A stretch of 64,000 nt of DNA, taken from Malacoraja senta (taxonomy: Eukaryota). Position numbers and translations under genes: made by a program. Shown in pieces: positions 28,101 through 43,100 of this stretch; positions within the stretch are counted from its first letter, which is position 1; each line of letters begins with the position of its first letter. The DNA lies in contig CM075987.1 in assembly GCA_038087875.1 (NCBI GenBank), positions 15,998,001 through 16,062,000 of the forward strand. The letters run 5' to 3'. The notes under the pieces were generated by a model. That model worked only from the letters and a program-made list of their open reading frames with translations. It was not told where the DNA came from and searched no databases.

Positions 28101-31100
28101 CACTGTCAGTTTTTCGGAGCCCCGCGCGATGTCGGGACCAGCTCCGCACAACTCCATGCGGCTCCGGCGATCGAAGTGGGACCGGCCCCGAGAGGCCGCA
28201 CGGCTAGCGCGACCACGTTAGGTCGCGCTAGCCGCATGCAGGCGCACGCTCGTGGGACAGGCCATTTAGGCGACTTTTCAGGCGACTGCAAGAGACTATG
28301 CAGTCGCCACATGGATGCCACATGTTCGCAGGTGGTTGCCGGGGAGTCGCCTTCATGGTCGTGAGGAGATCCAGCATTCTGGGAACTAGTCGCAGCCTCA
28401 TTATGGTCACCGCAAATTTTTCAACATGTTGAAAAATTAGCGGCGACCAGAATGAAGCCACCATGGAGAGTAGCGAGATTTCTCGTGCCGTAGGTGGATC
28501 GCCAGGAGGTCCTAGTGGGTTGCCAGAGGTCGAAGTTTCTTGTAGGTTCTCGTAGGTTGTAGCCGGTGCTGACTGGTGAATTTCATTGGCTCATTGGGGA
28601 AAAAAAACGTAAGCAGTAGTTTTCAGAACCCAGGATAACCGACCGGTAATGTTAAATGTCAGCCAAGCTCCACAGCCGTGTATCTCTGGCTTCTTAAATG
28701 TTGTCTGGCTTCTTAAAAGTTGTCTCCACTCCCTCTCCCTCCTTCTCTCCCCCCTCTCTCCCCCCCTCTTTTAAAGGACTTACCGTACACTGTGCTTTAG
28801 CTGTCTTAATTACCGGGCCAATCTTCCTGTTCATCGCGGTGTGTGTCTGTATCACCTTGGCTTTGCACCGTGTGAATTTCACTCAGACAGCGCTCCCCAC
28901 GCTTGCCCTGTCGCCCGCCTGCATAACCGGCTGCTGAAGGAAATGATGCGTGTGTGTGTGTTCCACTCTGACAGTCGCCGTTCCAATTGCCGGTTTTTCA
29001 GGCGACTGCCGGCAACTTGACAGTCACCGGCAGTCGTCTGAAAAATCGCTAAGTGGGACAGGCCCATAACATGTATAATTGGTTCCAAAGTTCATTCTTG
29101 ATTTACATCTGAGGCCATCTCCTCCAGTCCTAGATTCTCCAACCAGCAGAAAGAGTTTATTTACATTTGCTTTGAATTGCACTTAATACCTTGACCAAAG
29201 CTGAGGCTAGACATCTGTATATACAGTCTGCATTTCCTGTGACTTTATTTTTAGTAATTAGCATTAAAAGTCTGCATTATCAATGCTTTATTAAATCATG
29301 TAATCTAACTTAATGACCATTTGATTATCGTGTGAAAACGTGTTCTATTTTATTTTTAATTTATTTGATTATAATACAGGTCGCCAAAAGTAACCACCAG
29401 CTCCAATGCATAGCTTCCCATCTTGAGCAGCTTGAAAAGAAAATAGATGCATGTGCCAAACCGAACCTGGACAAAGAAGTGAGTTTTATTTTGAGGACAC
29501 AAGGAACAGCAGATGCTGGGATCTTAAGCAAAACACAAAGCAGGCCAGGCAGCTTATGTAGAGGGAATGAATGGGCGCCGTTTCAGGTGGGATCCTTATT
29601 CAGACGAGTTCACTGCACAGTTTCACGGTACAGGGTTAGATTCAGTTCTCATACATACTGCAGTTGGCACCGTTTTCCCAGAATGAGTCATGAAGATTAG
29701 CCACCTGCTAAATGTTGAAAGATTTAGCAGCACACTGAAAATCCTGATACTTCAAAATGAGTGAAAATTAAACAAGTGGAAAATCAGGAGAATGAAAAGC
29801 AATGAGGCTGATCCTTCCTCTCCACCAACTGCTGGTTGGCACAGAAACCCACAATGATGAAACCTCTGTAAACAATTAAATATTACTGCATTTTAAAGAT
29901 ATGTAATACATTGGAACTATTAGAAGCTACAATAGTAAATAGCAGCTAAATATATCAGGATTCAGGAAGAGGAAAAGGAAGGTAACATTTTAGAAAGGAA
30001 ACTTGCAGGTTATCTGACCATCTTGCTGAGAATTCTAAGGCAGTAGAGTGAATCTTTATTTAACCTGTGAATGTTATATTACTGTTACTTCATTTTTACC
30101 CTCCTTACTCCATCCCACCCTTCACAGCATGTGTTGCCTCAGGATCTATATCGCTTTGCCAAAACTATCAGGGATCTAACAAAGACATTGGCCATCTATC
30201 TCAACTGTTTGGTGGTGAGTATAATTGTGCATTTTTACAACAACAAAAAATCATAATATCCGATCCCTGTTTTGTCAGCATCAAACTGCAGAGGACAGAG
30301 TGGCCCCATGTTCAGTCTTGGATTTGAGCTTTCACACGTCCTCCTTGGAACTGAATGAACTCGCCACACCTGGACTCCACGTCCCTGTAGTACAGAGATC
30401 AATACTCGACCAATGCCTCAAACAATGCAGATCGACCCAGCACAGCAGCTGGTAGAGCTGTTGCCTCACAGAGCCTGGGACCCAGTTTAATCCTGACCTC
30501 GGGTGCTGTCTGTGTGGAGTGTGCACATTCTCCCTATGACCCAGTGGGTTTCCTCCAGGTGCTCCAGTTATTCCCACATCCCATAGACATGTGTGTTTGT
30601 AGGTTAATTGGCCTCTGTATGTTGACCCCTTCAAATTAATACAAAAGTGGGATGACGTAGAACTACTGTGAACAGGTGATAGGTGGTCGACATGGACTCG
30701 GTGCGTTCAAGTGCCCGGTTCCATGCTGTATCTTTCAATCCATCAATCAAAGCACTGGAAGTCAGATATAATGAGGCGAAGAACCCTGATTGTGAGAGGG
30801 AACAAGAGCATGTCATTCACTCAGACACCATATACTGCTATTAAAATAGATCATGGTTGAATAATACCTTAACTCCATCCACCCACCAATGGCACGCATC
30901 GTTGGATGAGTACTAGATTAAGGTGCCCGAGATCACAGCTCTGTATCTTCATTTTTTTTAAGTCCTGTAAATATTGAGAGAATAACTTGCTTGAAGTGTT
31001 TGTTTGATGCCTTTCCTGACCTGAGAATATTCAGAGATGCTTTATAGTTAATGAATACCTGTGAAAAGATATCACGGTTATAAATCATCGTGCAACAAAA

Positions 31101-34100
31101 GGGATGTTTTTGTTAACAGCATTTATGTTTGCATAAAAATATATACATTTAGCAGTGTTTCTCAATAACAAATAAAAGAGTTATTTGATATAGTCTAATA
31201 GATTAAGAAATGTAATCTACTTCAGTGAAGGATTCAATGGTAACTATAAATGTTTCTCTCAGTAAGAGTTTCCAAACATCAGGGTGTCATCAAATGTTAG
31301 GGGCTACATGCTCGCATTTAAGATGATCTAACTTTGATGTCCGAAAGAATTTTCCAGTTCTGGACAATATTGGAACTGCCTGCAAGCTCAAATGTCAGCT
31401 GGTTCCATTTATTCAGAAAAGAGCTGGGCCTTTGATTTTGAGCTGATTTGTCTGAAGAAGGGTCTCGACCCGAAACGTTCCCTATTTCCTTCGCTCCATA
31501 GATGCTGCCTCACCCGCTGAGTTTCTCCAGCATTTTTGTCTACCTTAGAAATCACTCTAAATCAAAGGCCGGGACTGTAATACAGTAATCAGGGCCAGGG
31601 TGATCTCCAAGACTGGTTTTGATCATCTAATGGTTGAGAAATTTCCCAGCTAGTTTTTCCCCCTCATATGACTTGTTTGGGTCGGATGGAAAATGTACAT
31701 AGTGCTTTATACAAGACGTTAGAATTCCCTGCCAATCAATGTTCATATGTTTCTTGTGCCACTGGGTTAATGCCCAAAAAAAAAAAATTCTGATCTTTTC
31801 TGCTTGTTGTCGCCAGAGCATTTCTTTTGCTGCGTGGTTACAGTAACAGCAGTGACAGTGTTTGTTGCTGGCTGGCTAACATCGTATTCTGGTTTCTGAG
31901 ATTGTGACAATATTTACAAGGAAGCCTCTGAATATCCTATTACCTTCACAAATTATTTATTTGCAGTGGATTTGAGGGCTGCGCCAGTTGTGAGAGTACT
32001 TGATCAGTACTTTGCAGGAGTTTCCCTCCAGCAAAGATCAAAAATCACTGGTTTGATCCAAGGAAAAAATATAAAACAGAAAATCCAAGAGTGGGCATCT
32101 GTAATGCGATATGTTGCAGTTGTACAAGATGTTGGTGTGACTACGAAATATGTCATTTAAGCTGGAAAAAGTCCAGAGAAGAAGTATAAGGATGTTGCCA
32201 GGACCTGATGGCCTGAACTATAGGGAGAGGCTCGGCAAGTTAGGACTTTATTCCATGGAATGCAGAAGGCTGAGGGCTAAACTTGCTATATTGGTGTATG
32301 AACTCAGGAGGAGATTGAATGCACAGGGTCTTTTACCCAGGGTAGGTGAATCAAGAACAGGAAGGCATAGGTTTAAGATGAGAGGGGAAAGATGTAATAG
32401 GAACCCAAGAGGCATCTTTTTCACAAAGAGGGTGGTAGATATATGGAATGAACTGATGAGGAAGTCATTGAGACGGGGACAGTAACAGCATTTAAAGACA
32501 CGTGGACAGATACATGGATAGAAAAGATTTGAAGAGACATGGGGCAAACCCAGGCAAATGGGATTACCTTAGATGGAGCATCTTGGTCGGCATGGACAAT
32601 GAAGGGCTGAAGGGCCTGTTTCTGCGCTGCATGCATTTAAAGCACAAAATGTGGCCTTGGTAAAAAAGGCTGCATGATTGTACACTGCTCAACGCTGATT
32701 GCAATCATTATCAGCAGGACTTAGAACAGTGCAGTGTGAGTACATGTGAAAATATGTACATTTATTTAAATGGCTGTTGTGGAAAAATCATGTGCTGATT
32801 TGCGCTGATGTTTTACTGTGAAGTTGTAGTGAATGAGCGCAGGAAGTGAGGCAATCTCAGCTTTACAAATTCATAAAAGTACCTTATAGTATTTATGCAG
32901 AAGTATGAGTTTATTATTGATTCTCAAAATTGTTCTTCTGCATCCTGATTGTTGCATTTCTTTCTTACCCACGGTGCACTTTTTTTTCAATTATTTCCTG
33001 CTTACCCTTGGTCTCGTGAGTAAATTGCTGCTTCCAGTTGATTTTTTGTTGGTGGCACCTTGTTAAATCTGAGTACTGGCTCAGTGAGGAATATTACTCA
33101 TTACCCATCCTGGGACATGGCCCATTGTGTACAGCAGACATGAGATATTTAACAAATAAACTGGACTGTGCACTTCAGCCCGCATCTTTATTCTTTATTC
33201 ATTTATTGAAATTAAGTAATCACCTTCAAATAAAGAATCTTTTACAACTGACTTATAAATAGCAGCCCATATTGGAGACTACCTTGAGCCGAGATCCTAT
33301 TCAGCCATGGTTCCTTCCAACTCCCTGAGGCTATTGTAAAAATATACATGTGGCATCACTTGGTGCAGAGGTTATTATGTTGATCGTTTTCCGGTAATAA
33401 AACAAGAGCAGGATCAGCACCAACGGCAAGTGGGCCGTGATGTTACAACTGTGTCAGGTTTATAAAGATGGCTTCTTGCATTGGGCTTTGATAAGTACAC
33501 CATGGTTCTCATGGTAAAGCACTTTGGGAGGTCAAATATAAGGGACATGTATACAGTTAACGGCAAGACTCTTAACCAGTGATGTACAAAGGATCTTGGG
33601 GGCCACATCCATAGCTTCCCGAAAGTGGCAACGTGAGTAGATAGAGTGGTAAAGAAGGTGTATGGTATGTTTGCCACAGTGGCATCAAGAGTCAAGAAGG
33701 CATGATGCAGCTTTATAAGACTATGGTTGGGCCACATTAGGAGTATTGTGTGCCGTTCTGGTCGCACCATTTTATGAAGGATGTGGCGGCTTTGGAGCGG
33801 ATGCAGAAGAGGTTTACCAGAATGCTCCCTGGATTAGAAGATAGTAGATATAAGAAGAGGTTGGACAAACTTGGATTGAATTCTCTGGAACACTCAGAGG
33901 CTGAGGGGAGACCTGATAGAAATATATAAAATTATGAGAGACATAGGAAGGGTTGGCCGTCAGAACCCTTTTCCCCAAGGTGGAAATGTCAAAGAGTAAA
34001 GGGCATAGGTGAGAGGGCAAAAGTTTAAAGGTGATGTGTTCATACATTCATAAGTGACAGGAGCAGAATTAGGCCATTCGCTCCATCAAGTCTATTCCGC

Positions 34101-37100
34101 TATTCAATCATGGCTGATCTATCTCTCCCTCCTAACCCCATTCTCCTGCCTTCCCCCATAACCCCTGACACACCTGTAGGGTAGGTTTTGTACACAGAAG
34201 TGGTAGGTGCCTGGATATTGTGGGCAAAAGGGCCTGTTCTTGTGCTGTACTGTTCTAAAATATAATTAATGAATCTGTGTGTCCAAATAATGTCACTATC
34301 AATCATTAGTTAACTAAACTGTTTAAACCCTTAGCTTATTTTCTTTTTTTTTCTTTTTTTGTAGGATCCAGTTGTAATAGATGTCCCCCTCCAGGGGTCA
34401 ATTGCTACAGCTACCCGTAGTGATTTTCTGAAAAAAGAGAGTAGAGTAAGCTTCTATGTGAATGAGAATGTGTTTAATCCCATGAGAAAAGGACGAAATG
34501 CTGTTGAAGATGTGGCTGTTGGCATCATCAAAGATTTACTGATGTAAGTGAAAAAGGTTTCATAATTTCCCTGACACAAGCAGGCTATTTCACTGACACT
34601 TATACTAGATGGTAGAGCAGAGTGCCTGAAAGGTACTACTACCCAATCCGCATTGTAAATGTAAATCCTCTCAAGTAAATGTAGAATGCTGGATATGTCT
34701 GTGCACTAAACCTTTGAACATTACACAGCGCAACCCTAATGACAACCTACACAACATGGAACGTTGAGGAGGGCTGCCAAAGTATACAGTGTGATACAGA
34801 CCAACAACAGAAATGGGCAACAAAAATGTTTAACCTGAGCAAGTGTGAGGTTTAGTTTTAGTTTTTCGTTTTAGAGATACAGCACGGAAACCGGCCCTTC
34901 AGCCCACCGAGTCCGCTCCGACTAGTGATCCCCCCACATTAACATTATCCTACACACACTAGGGACAATTTACACATATACCAAGCCAATTAACCTACAA
35001 ACCAGTACGTCTTTGGAGTGTGGGAGGAAACCGAAGATCTCCGAGAAAACCCACGCGGTCACGGGGAGAACGTACAAACTCCGTACAGACAGCACACGTA
35101 GTCGGGATCGAACCCGGATCTCCAGCGCTGCAAACACTGTAATGCAGCAACTTCACCGCTGCGCCACCATGCCATACATTTTGGGATGTCGAATGTAAGG
35201 GGTCGGTGTACAATGATCTGGAAAAATGTAAGCATCAAAATTGGATTTCACCCACTTCAGGTGAACTAAACTGGTGTTATATTTTGCCCTGATGCTAAAT
35301 CATGTGTTTTCAAACAATTTTGCAAGAACTCACTATAAAGAATCCAACTTAAAACCTGTGAGTCAAAAGGTACTGTTTCTGTGCTGTACAATTCTGATGT
35401 GCGTTGACGGATGGCAGCCACGAGCTGAGCGTGCAGCTGCAAAGTCATTTATGCACTATGCCTGGCACATGGGTCAGCTTTCATCGTGGCAGCCATGCTG
35501 GCTGGAGACTCTTCTCACTGCTTGTGAAATTTGGAGAAAAAATAATTATACGTTCAAGGATATTCAATGTAGTGTCCAAAGCAGTAAGAAGGGAAGGAAA
35601 AGTGGCTCATTCATGCTGGCGCAAGTACACTGAAACTGCTGTGATCTCCATTGAATATATGATAATTCTGTGTTGTATTGAAAAATTTAATCTGCAGATC
35701 TCATAGGTCCGAGGCCGTATCCGATACCATGAATGAGGACAGTAGTGAACAAGCTAAAGTTGGAGGTAAGGATTCAATGGTACTTTATTGTCACTTGTAC
35801 TTAGGCACAATGAAATTCCTCTTTTGCAGAGAGATGCGCCGTTGAAAGCATTTTATTGGGACTCATCACAGCATGGTTTGGGAACAGCTCCATGCAAGAC
35901 CGCGAGAAATTGTAGAGAATTGTGGACACAGCTCAGACCCTCACACAAACCAACCTCCCTTTCATTGACTCCATTTACACCTCACGCTGCCTCGGCAAGG
36001 CCAGCAGCATAATCAAGGACGAGTCGCAACCCGGCCACTCCCTCTTCTCCCCTCTCCCATCAGGCAAGAAGTATAGAAGTGAAAATGCACACTTCCAGAT
36101 TCAGGGACAGTTTCTTCCCAGCTATTATCAGGCAACTGAACGATCCTACCAACATCTAGAGAGCAATCCTAAGCTGCTATCTACTTCATTGGAGACCCCC
36201 AGACTATCTTTGATCGGACTTTCCTGGACTTAATCTTGCTCTACATGTTATTCATGTTATTTCTTTTATCATGAATCTGTACACTGTGGATGGCTCAATT
36301 GTAATCATGTATTGCCTTTCCACTGACTGATTAGCATGCAACAAAAGCTTTTCACTGTACCTCGATACACGTGATAATAATCTAAACTAAACTTCAAAAC
36401 TGAATCCTTTGCATCTTCTCATCACCTCAAATAACAGTGTAAATTTATTCCTCGTTCCTTTTTAGTTGCTGAAAAATACAAAAATAGAGATGCTGCCATC
36501 TGTAATTTCAAATAGCAATGATAAAGCAACATATATGGTCACTTCATGCCTGGGCTTAGGTAGGGGAGAACAAAATGAACCTGCTTTCTGTTGCTGCCTG
36601 AGTGGCAATTAGGAATGCGTCAAAACATCCTCATTCAAATATTTATTGTTTAATGTTTTATGTGTCATTACTAACTCTCACTGTATGTCATGTAGTCACT
36701 TGTGGGCGGAGCACCGAGGCAAATTCCTTGTATTTGAATACTTGGCCGATATACTTATTCATTCATTCATTCATTCATTCATATGCTGATACCATATAAG
36801 TTAACATTAGGGAAATATACGTGAATTACATGGTATCCATTCCACAGCACGAACCTTACCATTAAATAATCGAAACTTATAAATAGGTTTGATTTTCAAG
36901 ACCAATTTATTTTGCAGGTGTTTTTTGCTGTGGGATTTTAACTGAACATCCTCAACTGCAGTCAACAGTACCTGAAAGTGTCAATCAGGACACATTTTGT
37001 GATTGATCGCTTTGATTTTTCTAACATAATTTGCTTATTTTTTTATTTTCTTCCCATATCCTTTCTCTTCGCAAAAGATACTGGTAGAACAATTTTCAGG

Positions 37101-40100
37101 GTACTGGCAACCTCCACTATTTCACTCAACTGGCCCTTCTTCAGTAGCTACCACTCTTAACTTTACTGTCAGACCCATTGCTGCGCAACTTCATCTTGGC
37201 CTCGCCCAAATAGTGCCTGGGACAAGCCGCTAAACGGTGATTGCAAATGGAAGCCCTGGATGAATTTTCTTCAGGAACATTAAGATCAAGTACAGTAATG
37301 TCCTTGTCATTGTGGATGGAGAGTTGAATCACAGATGCTGCCTGACCCGCTGAGTTCCCCAAGCACTCTGTGGTTTCATCAAGATCATAGTATCTGCTGG
37401 TTCTTGTGGCTCTAATCGAACTTGCATCTTGTTGATTCAGCAGTTCACCAGCTCAGCGCTAGATCATGCTTCTCAAACGAAGCTTACACATGTCGCCACT
37501 GCGCCATTAAAGATTTTTGAAATTTTGTTTTTCTATCTGTAGAATAACAAATAACACTGCCAAAAATATTAGAAGTATGTGAAACATTAACTGTAGCTCC
37601 ATAAAATATCACACTGTTTTTCATCCACTTTAACAGGATCTCAAGTATCATTTTTTTCTGGCTCCCTACATGGGCGCTCCATTGCGTCTTCTCGAGGACT
37701 AAAGACCGTCTCATCACCAGCAAGGTCTGTTAGTGTTTAAGACTATTATTACATTTTACAGAGTTAATTTCCAGGGTTTTATGTGAGCGCGGTTTATTTT
37801 TTATGAATCTGTTCATTCATTCATCTGGATTTGAACAGAACCAATAAATTCAGGTTCAGGGGAGGACCTGGGTAGGGCTTGAATGCTGAAGTAAATGCAC
37901 TTTCTTTCCCTTCACATTTGTCCTAGCAATAAAGAGTTTCTTCAAGGTGTCCTCATGCCTCACTGGAAATATCCTGTCCCTATTCCTGCGATTGGAACCG
38001 GGCACATCCCTTCTGAGACCTGCTAAAGCCCCAATTCTCCACAGAGCAGAGCCAGAACAAACTAATTTATCCCCCTGAGCATTAGTTAACTTTGCTGAAA
38101 ACACACGTGTATCACTGGGGACAGAAGACTTGTACAAGAAAAATCTTTGTGCCATGTGGATCCCAGGGGAAGTATCAAGATACTACCGTGCCTTACAAAG
38201 CCAAGTCTGCTCAGTTTCAGGCCAACTCCACTCGACATGTATTCCTGCAAGTTTCCTTGTATAACCCTCATCACCACTCTGCACCTCTGCCCACCTACAT
38301 TTACCACACCCAGTAAACTACTAATCTTGTTCCCCATCTTGTGCATTTTTAAACCAATGAAAGAAAGCGTTGAGAGAAAATGAACAATGACCACATTTTA
38401 ATGTTCCACTAATTGTTGCTGCAGTAGTCTATAAACTGCTGTGATTCCAGCAGCTCCATAGAGAATCAGTAAAACGAGTTGAGCTTGGTTCAGCGCCATT
38501 GATGGAACCTCTGCTTAGCCATGATGTGTAAATGAGCGCATCAGTGGCATGTGGGATGGATACTTCTGACTAAGGCATGAGTGCATAAGGTTTCTGCAGC
38601 ATCACATTTAAACATGTCTCACTATCCCATGCAATAGCTTCCTTCATACTGGCCCACAAGGTTTGCTTTAAAAAAAAAATGTAAACAGATGATTTTGTTC
38701 ATCAAATCATTAAACACGTTGAAAATAAAGGTTTAGGCACAGCAACGACAGCACCTATCAAAGGACACAAACAAAAATATTGTACTTATTAGCAAACAGT
38801 GGCATTTTAAATGTTGCTCCTAGTCTTGATTTAAACGTCATGGCTGCATCTTTGCCATTTACTGTCAGCCGCAGCTAGAGTCAAGATTCAAGATTCAAGA
38901 GAGTTTATTGTCATGTGTCCCTGATAGGACAATGAAATTCATGCTTTGCTTCAGCACAACAGAATATAGTAGGCATGACTACAGAACAGATCAGTGTGCC
39001 CATATACCATTATATAAATGTATACACACATGAATAAATAAATGGATAAAGTGAAAATAAACAGATAATGGGCTATTAATGTTCAGAGTTTTGTCTGAGC
39101 CGAGTTTAATAGCCTGATGGCTGTGGGGAAGTAGCTATTCCTGAACCTGGTGGTTGCAGTCTTCAGGCTCCTGTACCTTCTACCTGAAGGTAGCGGGGAG
39201 ATGAGTGTGTGGCCAGGATGGTGTGGGTCCTTGATGATACTGCCAGCCTTTTTGAGGCAGAGACTGCGATAGATCCCCTCGATGGTAGGGAGGTCAGAGC
39301 CGATGATGGACTGGGCAGTTTTTACTACTTTTTGTATTCTTTTCCGTTCTGGGGCGCTCAAGTTGCTGAACCAAGCCATGATGCAACCGGTCAGCATGCC
39401 CTCTACTGTGCACCTGTAGAAGTTAGAGAGAGTCCTCCTTGACATACCGACTCTCCGTAATCTTCTCAGGAAGTAGAGGCGCTGATGTGCTTACTTTATA
39501 ATTGCATCAGTGTTCTCGGACCAGGAAAGATCTTCAGAGATATGCACGCCCAGGAATTTGAAGCTCTTGACCCTTTCCACCATCGACCCATTGATATAAA
39601 CGGGACTGTGGGTCCCCATCCTACCCCTTTCAAAGTCCACAATCAGTTCCTTGGTTTTGCTGGTGTTGTGGTTGAGGTCCAGGTTATTGTGCTGGCACCA
39701 TTTGGTCAGTCGGTCGATCTCTCTTCTATACTCTGACTCGTCCCCATCAGTGAAACGTCCCACAACAGTGGTGTCATCAGCGAACGTGATGATAGAGTTC
39801 GCACTATGACCGGCTACGCAGTCATGAGTATAGAATGAGTACAGCAGGGGGCTGAGCACGCAGCCTTGAGGTGCTCCCGTGCTGATTGTTATCGATATAT
39901 AGGATTCTGTAGATAGATTTCTGGTCTCAGAAGATTCAAGAACCACTCCAGAGACAAAGCTAAAAATGTATTTTGATGCTTTAGTGCCCTTTGGAAGGAG
40001 TAGTTTGGAAGGAGTACTGTTGCGTCTTTATAACAAGACATTAAACCAAAGACCTGCTTTGTCTCCCAACTAAGTGTAAAAGATCCCAGTTTGCCATTTC

Positions 40101-43100
40101 AAGGAAACTTTCAACTAACCCTGGCCACTATTTATCCCTTGATCAGCTCTTGATCAGCTCTGTAAAAACAGATGATTTAGTTATTATTGGGCTTGTCAGA
40201 CAGCTTGTCAGGCTTGGAGCATCTTATTCAAGGTAGTATTGCCCTGTATCCATAGCTGGAATCGAATGCAAGAGTCTCAGTTCCCTATAACTAATTTGCT
40301 TTTAATTCTGTTCTTTAGATTTGTTTGCATTATATTTTATTCTTTGGCGGTGTTATGCATTTCGTAATATTCATGGAGTCAGTCAGCTTCACTTTCAGCA
40401 GCAGTGCAGCAGTGAGTGCTGCTAGCTCACAGCTCCACGGACCTGGGTTGGAGATTGCATGTTCTCCCTGTCACCCCATGGGTTTCCCCTGCATGCTCCA
40501 GTTTCCTTCCACGTGCCATAGGCATACAGGTAGGTTAAGCAGCTATGGTGCATTATCGTTAGTGTCAGTGGCTGGCAAGATAGTCCGTGGGGCATTGACA
40601 GCCATGTGAGAGACAGCCTACAGGGAAATAAAGGGGGAATGGGACTGGCAGAATTGCTTTGCTGGGAGCCAGCACAGACTCAGTGGGCCAAATGATCTTC
40701 TTCAGAGACATAGTATGTGATACATACAAACTTAAATGAACATTTTTATCTTTCTAGTGCAACTAAATATACTAAGCCAAACCGCTTTGATCCAAAGTAT
40801 CAAGTTTTTGGTGAAACTGCAGAACCATCTGAGTAAGTAGATTCTCAGTTCAATTACTTTTCTGATGACTCTTGGCGAGTGTGCCCTTGCTTTTGTAAGA
40901 GATCATTAAAATGAGCCTTCCTCCATTGGTGAACGTTAGCAAAGTAAGTATAGCTTCTGTAATCATAGCAACAACATCAACTCAGGAGGGTGCTCTCGGT
41001 GAGTGCCAAGGTGTTTTTGAGAATTTCAGCATGTCACACCTTTTTAACACGTTCACACGATATTGGCCTGATACCAGTTACATGTGGCAGTCTTGGCAAC
41101 AGCCAAGCCCCAGCTGGGCTCTCACAGATTGAACTAAGCAGCCAGACAATCACGAGGATCAGCATGAGCAACAGCAGACTGCCACCAGCTCTGTTGGGAG
41201 GATGTGTTAAAGAAGGAACTGCAGATGCTGGAAAATCGAAGGTACACAAAAATGCTGGAGAAACTCAGCGGGTGCAGCAGCACCTATGGAGCGAAGGAGA
41301 TAGGCAACGTTTCGGGCCGAATACCTTTGTCAAAGAAAAACCTTCTAGGTTGCTCAGTTCAGTTTAGTTTAATGTTACGTGTACCGAGGTACAGTGAAAA
41401 GCTTTTGTTGCGTGCTATCCAATCAGTAGAAAGACAATACATGATTACAATCGAGCCATTTACAGTGTATAGACACATGATAAGGGAATAACGTTTCGTG
41501 CAAGGTGAAGCCAGCAAAGTCCAATCAAGGATAATCCGAGGCTCACTATAGAGGTAGCTGGAAGTTCAGCACTGCTCTCTGGTTGTGGTAGGATGTTTTA
41601 GTTGCCTGATTAACAGCTGGGGGGGGGGGGAATCTGTCCCTGAATGGTGGTGTGCATTTTCACACTTCTACACCTTTTGTCTGATGGGAGAGGGGAGAAG
41701 AAGGATTGGCCAGGGTGTGATTCGTCCTTGAATATGCTGCTGGCCTTGCTGAGTCAGTGTGAGGTCTAAAGAAGGGAGGTTGGTTTGTGTGATGGGTTGG
41801 GTGAATATAAATTGAAAGTCAAATACCTTTTTAGCCATTAAAATGAATCACCATTATTATATTTAGTACTTTGGTAACTACTAAATTAGTAATTTAGTAA
41901 CTACTAAATCTATATAAATATTACCTGAATGGTTTGAATTGCCGTCACTCGGTGGATGTTAAGTGCCGTGTTTATGATACTCGATCATGATGTGGGAAAC
42001 CTCCCATAGATCATTTTGTACGACCATGTCAGCCTTCTCCCCCCCCCCACTCCCCACCCACCACCAACAAAAGTACAGCCACCTGAATTACTGCCATATG
42101 AAGAATCAGTCTGAAGATGGGTCCAGGCCCAACGCATCATCTGTCCATTCCCTCCACAGATGCTGCCGGACCTGTTGCGTATCTCCAGCACTTTGTGCTT
42201 TGCTCAAGATTGCAGCATCTGCAGTCTCTTGTGTACCAACCATACTTGCTCATGTGTGATCACAGTGGGTTCCTGCCTTCAACTACCTGTGTGGCTGGGA
42301 TGTTTACATGTGATAAGATGCATGTGGAGGGAGTATATCTCTCGGTGGCCATCCTGCCGCTGGGATGAACAATTACTGTAGTATTGTAGATAGGCACAAA
42401 ATGCTGGAGTAACTCAGCGGGACAGGCAGCATCTCTGGAGAGAAGGAATGGGTGACGTTTCAGGTCGAGTCCCTTCTTCAGACTGATGGGATTGTAGACT
42501 GATTCAAGACTACTGACCTGACAAAAGTTCTGCCAGTGGCTGCACGTTGATGGGCTGGTGGCCTTAACTGCTGATGAATATTACTTGCTTGTATTTAACC
42601 CAGAGAGCGACCGGACATGCGGCAAGGTAGCCATTGCTGCAAATCCCTGAGCCTGAGTGGCGAATCTGATGTGCTGGTGGAGTGTGAACGGTGTGTTTTA
42701 TGTTTCCTGCTGTCTGATATCACACTGCTGATGCCCCGCAGCAGACCGACTGAAAGCTGCAACATCCAGTTTTGAAGTTATGATGGAATTACCTGCACTC
42801 AGACAAATGTGGCCCAATGATGTGGAGGAAACTAGCCCCCTATTGCAGGAGAATGCAGAGGAATTTATAAAAGGAATACTGCTTCTGCCTCTTTAAATTG
42901 ATCCAAAAACCAGTGCTTTTATTGTACACAAAAAGGTGCCAGAATGCACGATTAATAAACATATGTGTCACGTGGCTGGAAAACAAAATAATGACATTTA
43001 AGTTTTTGGAGGTGCCCTTCTGCCCTACTGTCACTAAAAAACACCACCAAAAATAATCTGATGTGCACCCTCCCAGAGGATGTGGCATCAATGGATGGCC

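Noticed and set aside
27715..28464. GC-rich ORFs up to 176 aa
   Set aside because: They lie inside MITEs C and D, stay open because of GC content, and have no recognisable domain.
36918..36977. Possible small phase-1 cassette exon after tttgcag
   Set aside because: The donor is weak and the exon is not needed to keep the frame between 35765 and 37637.
37856..38394. Minus-strand ORFs suggesting a nested gene
   Set aside because: No recognisable protein and no coherent exon chain. The same holds for 44259-44597.
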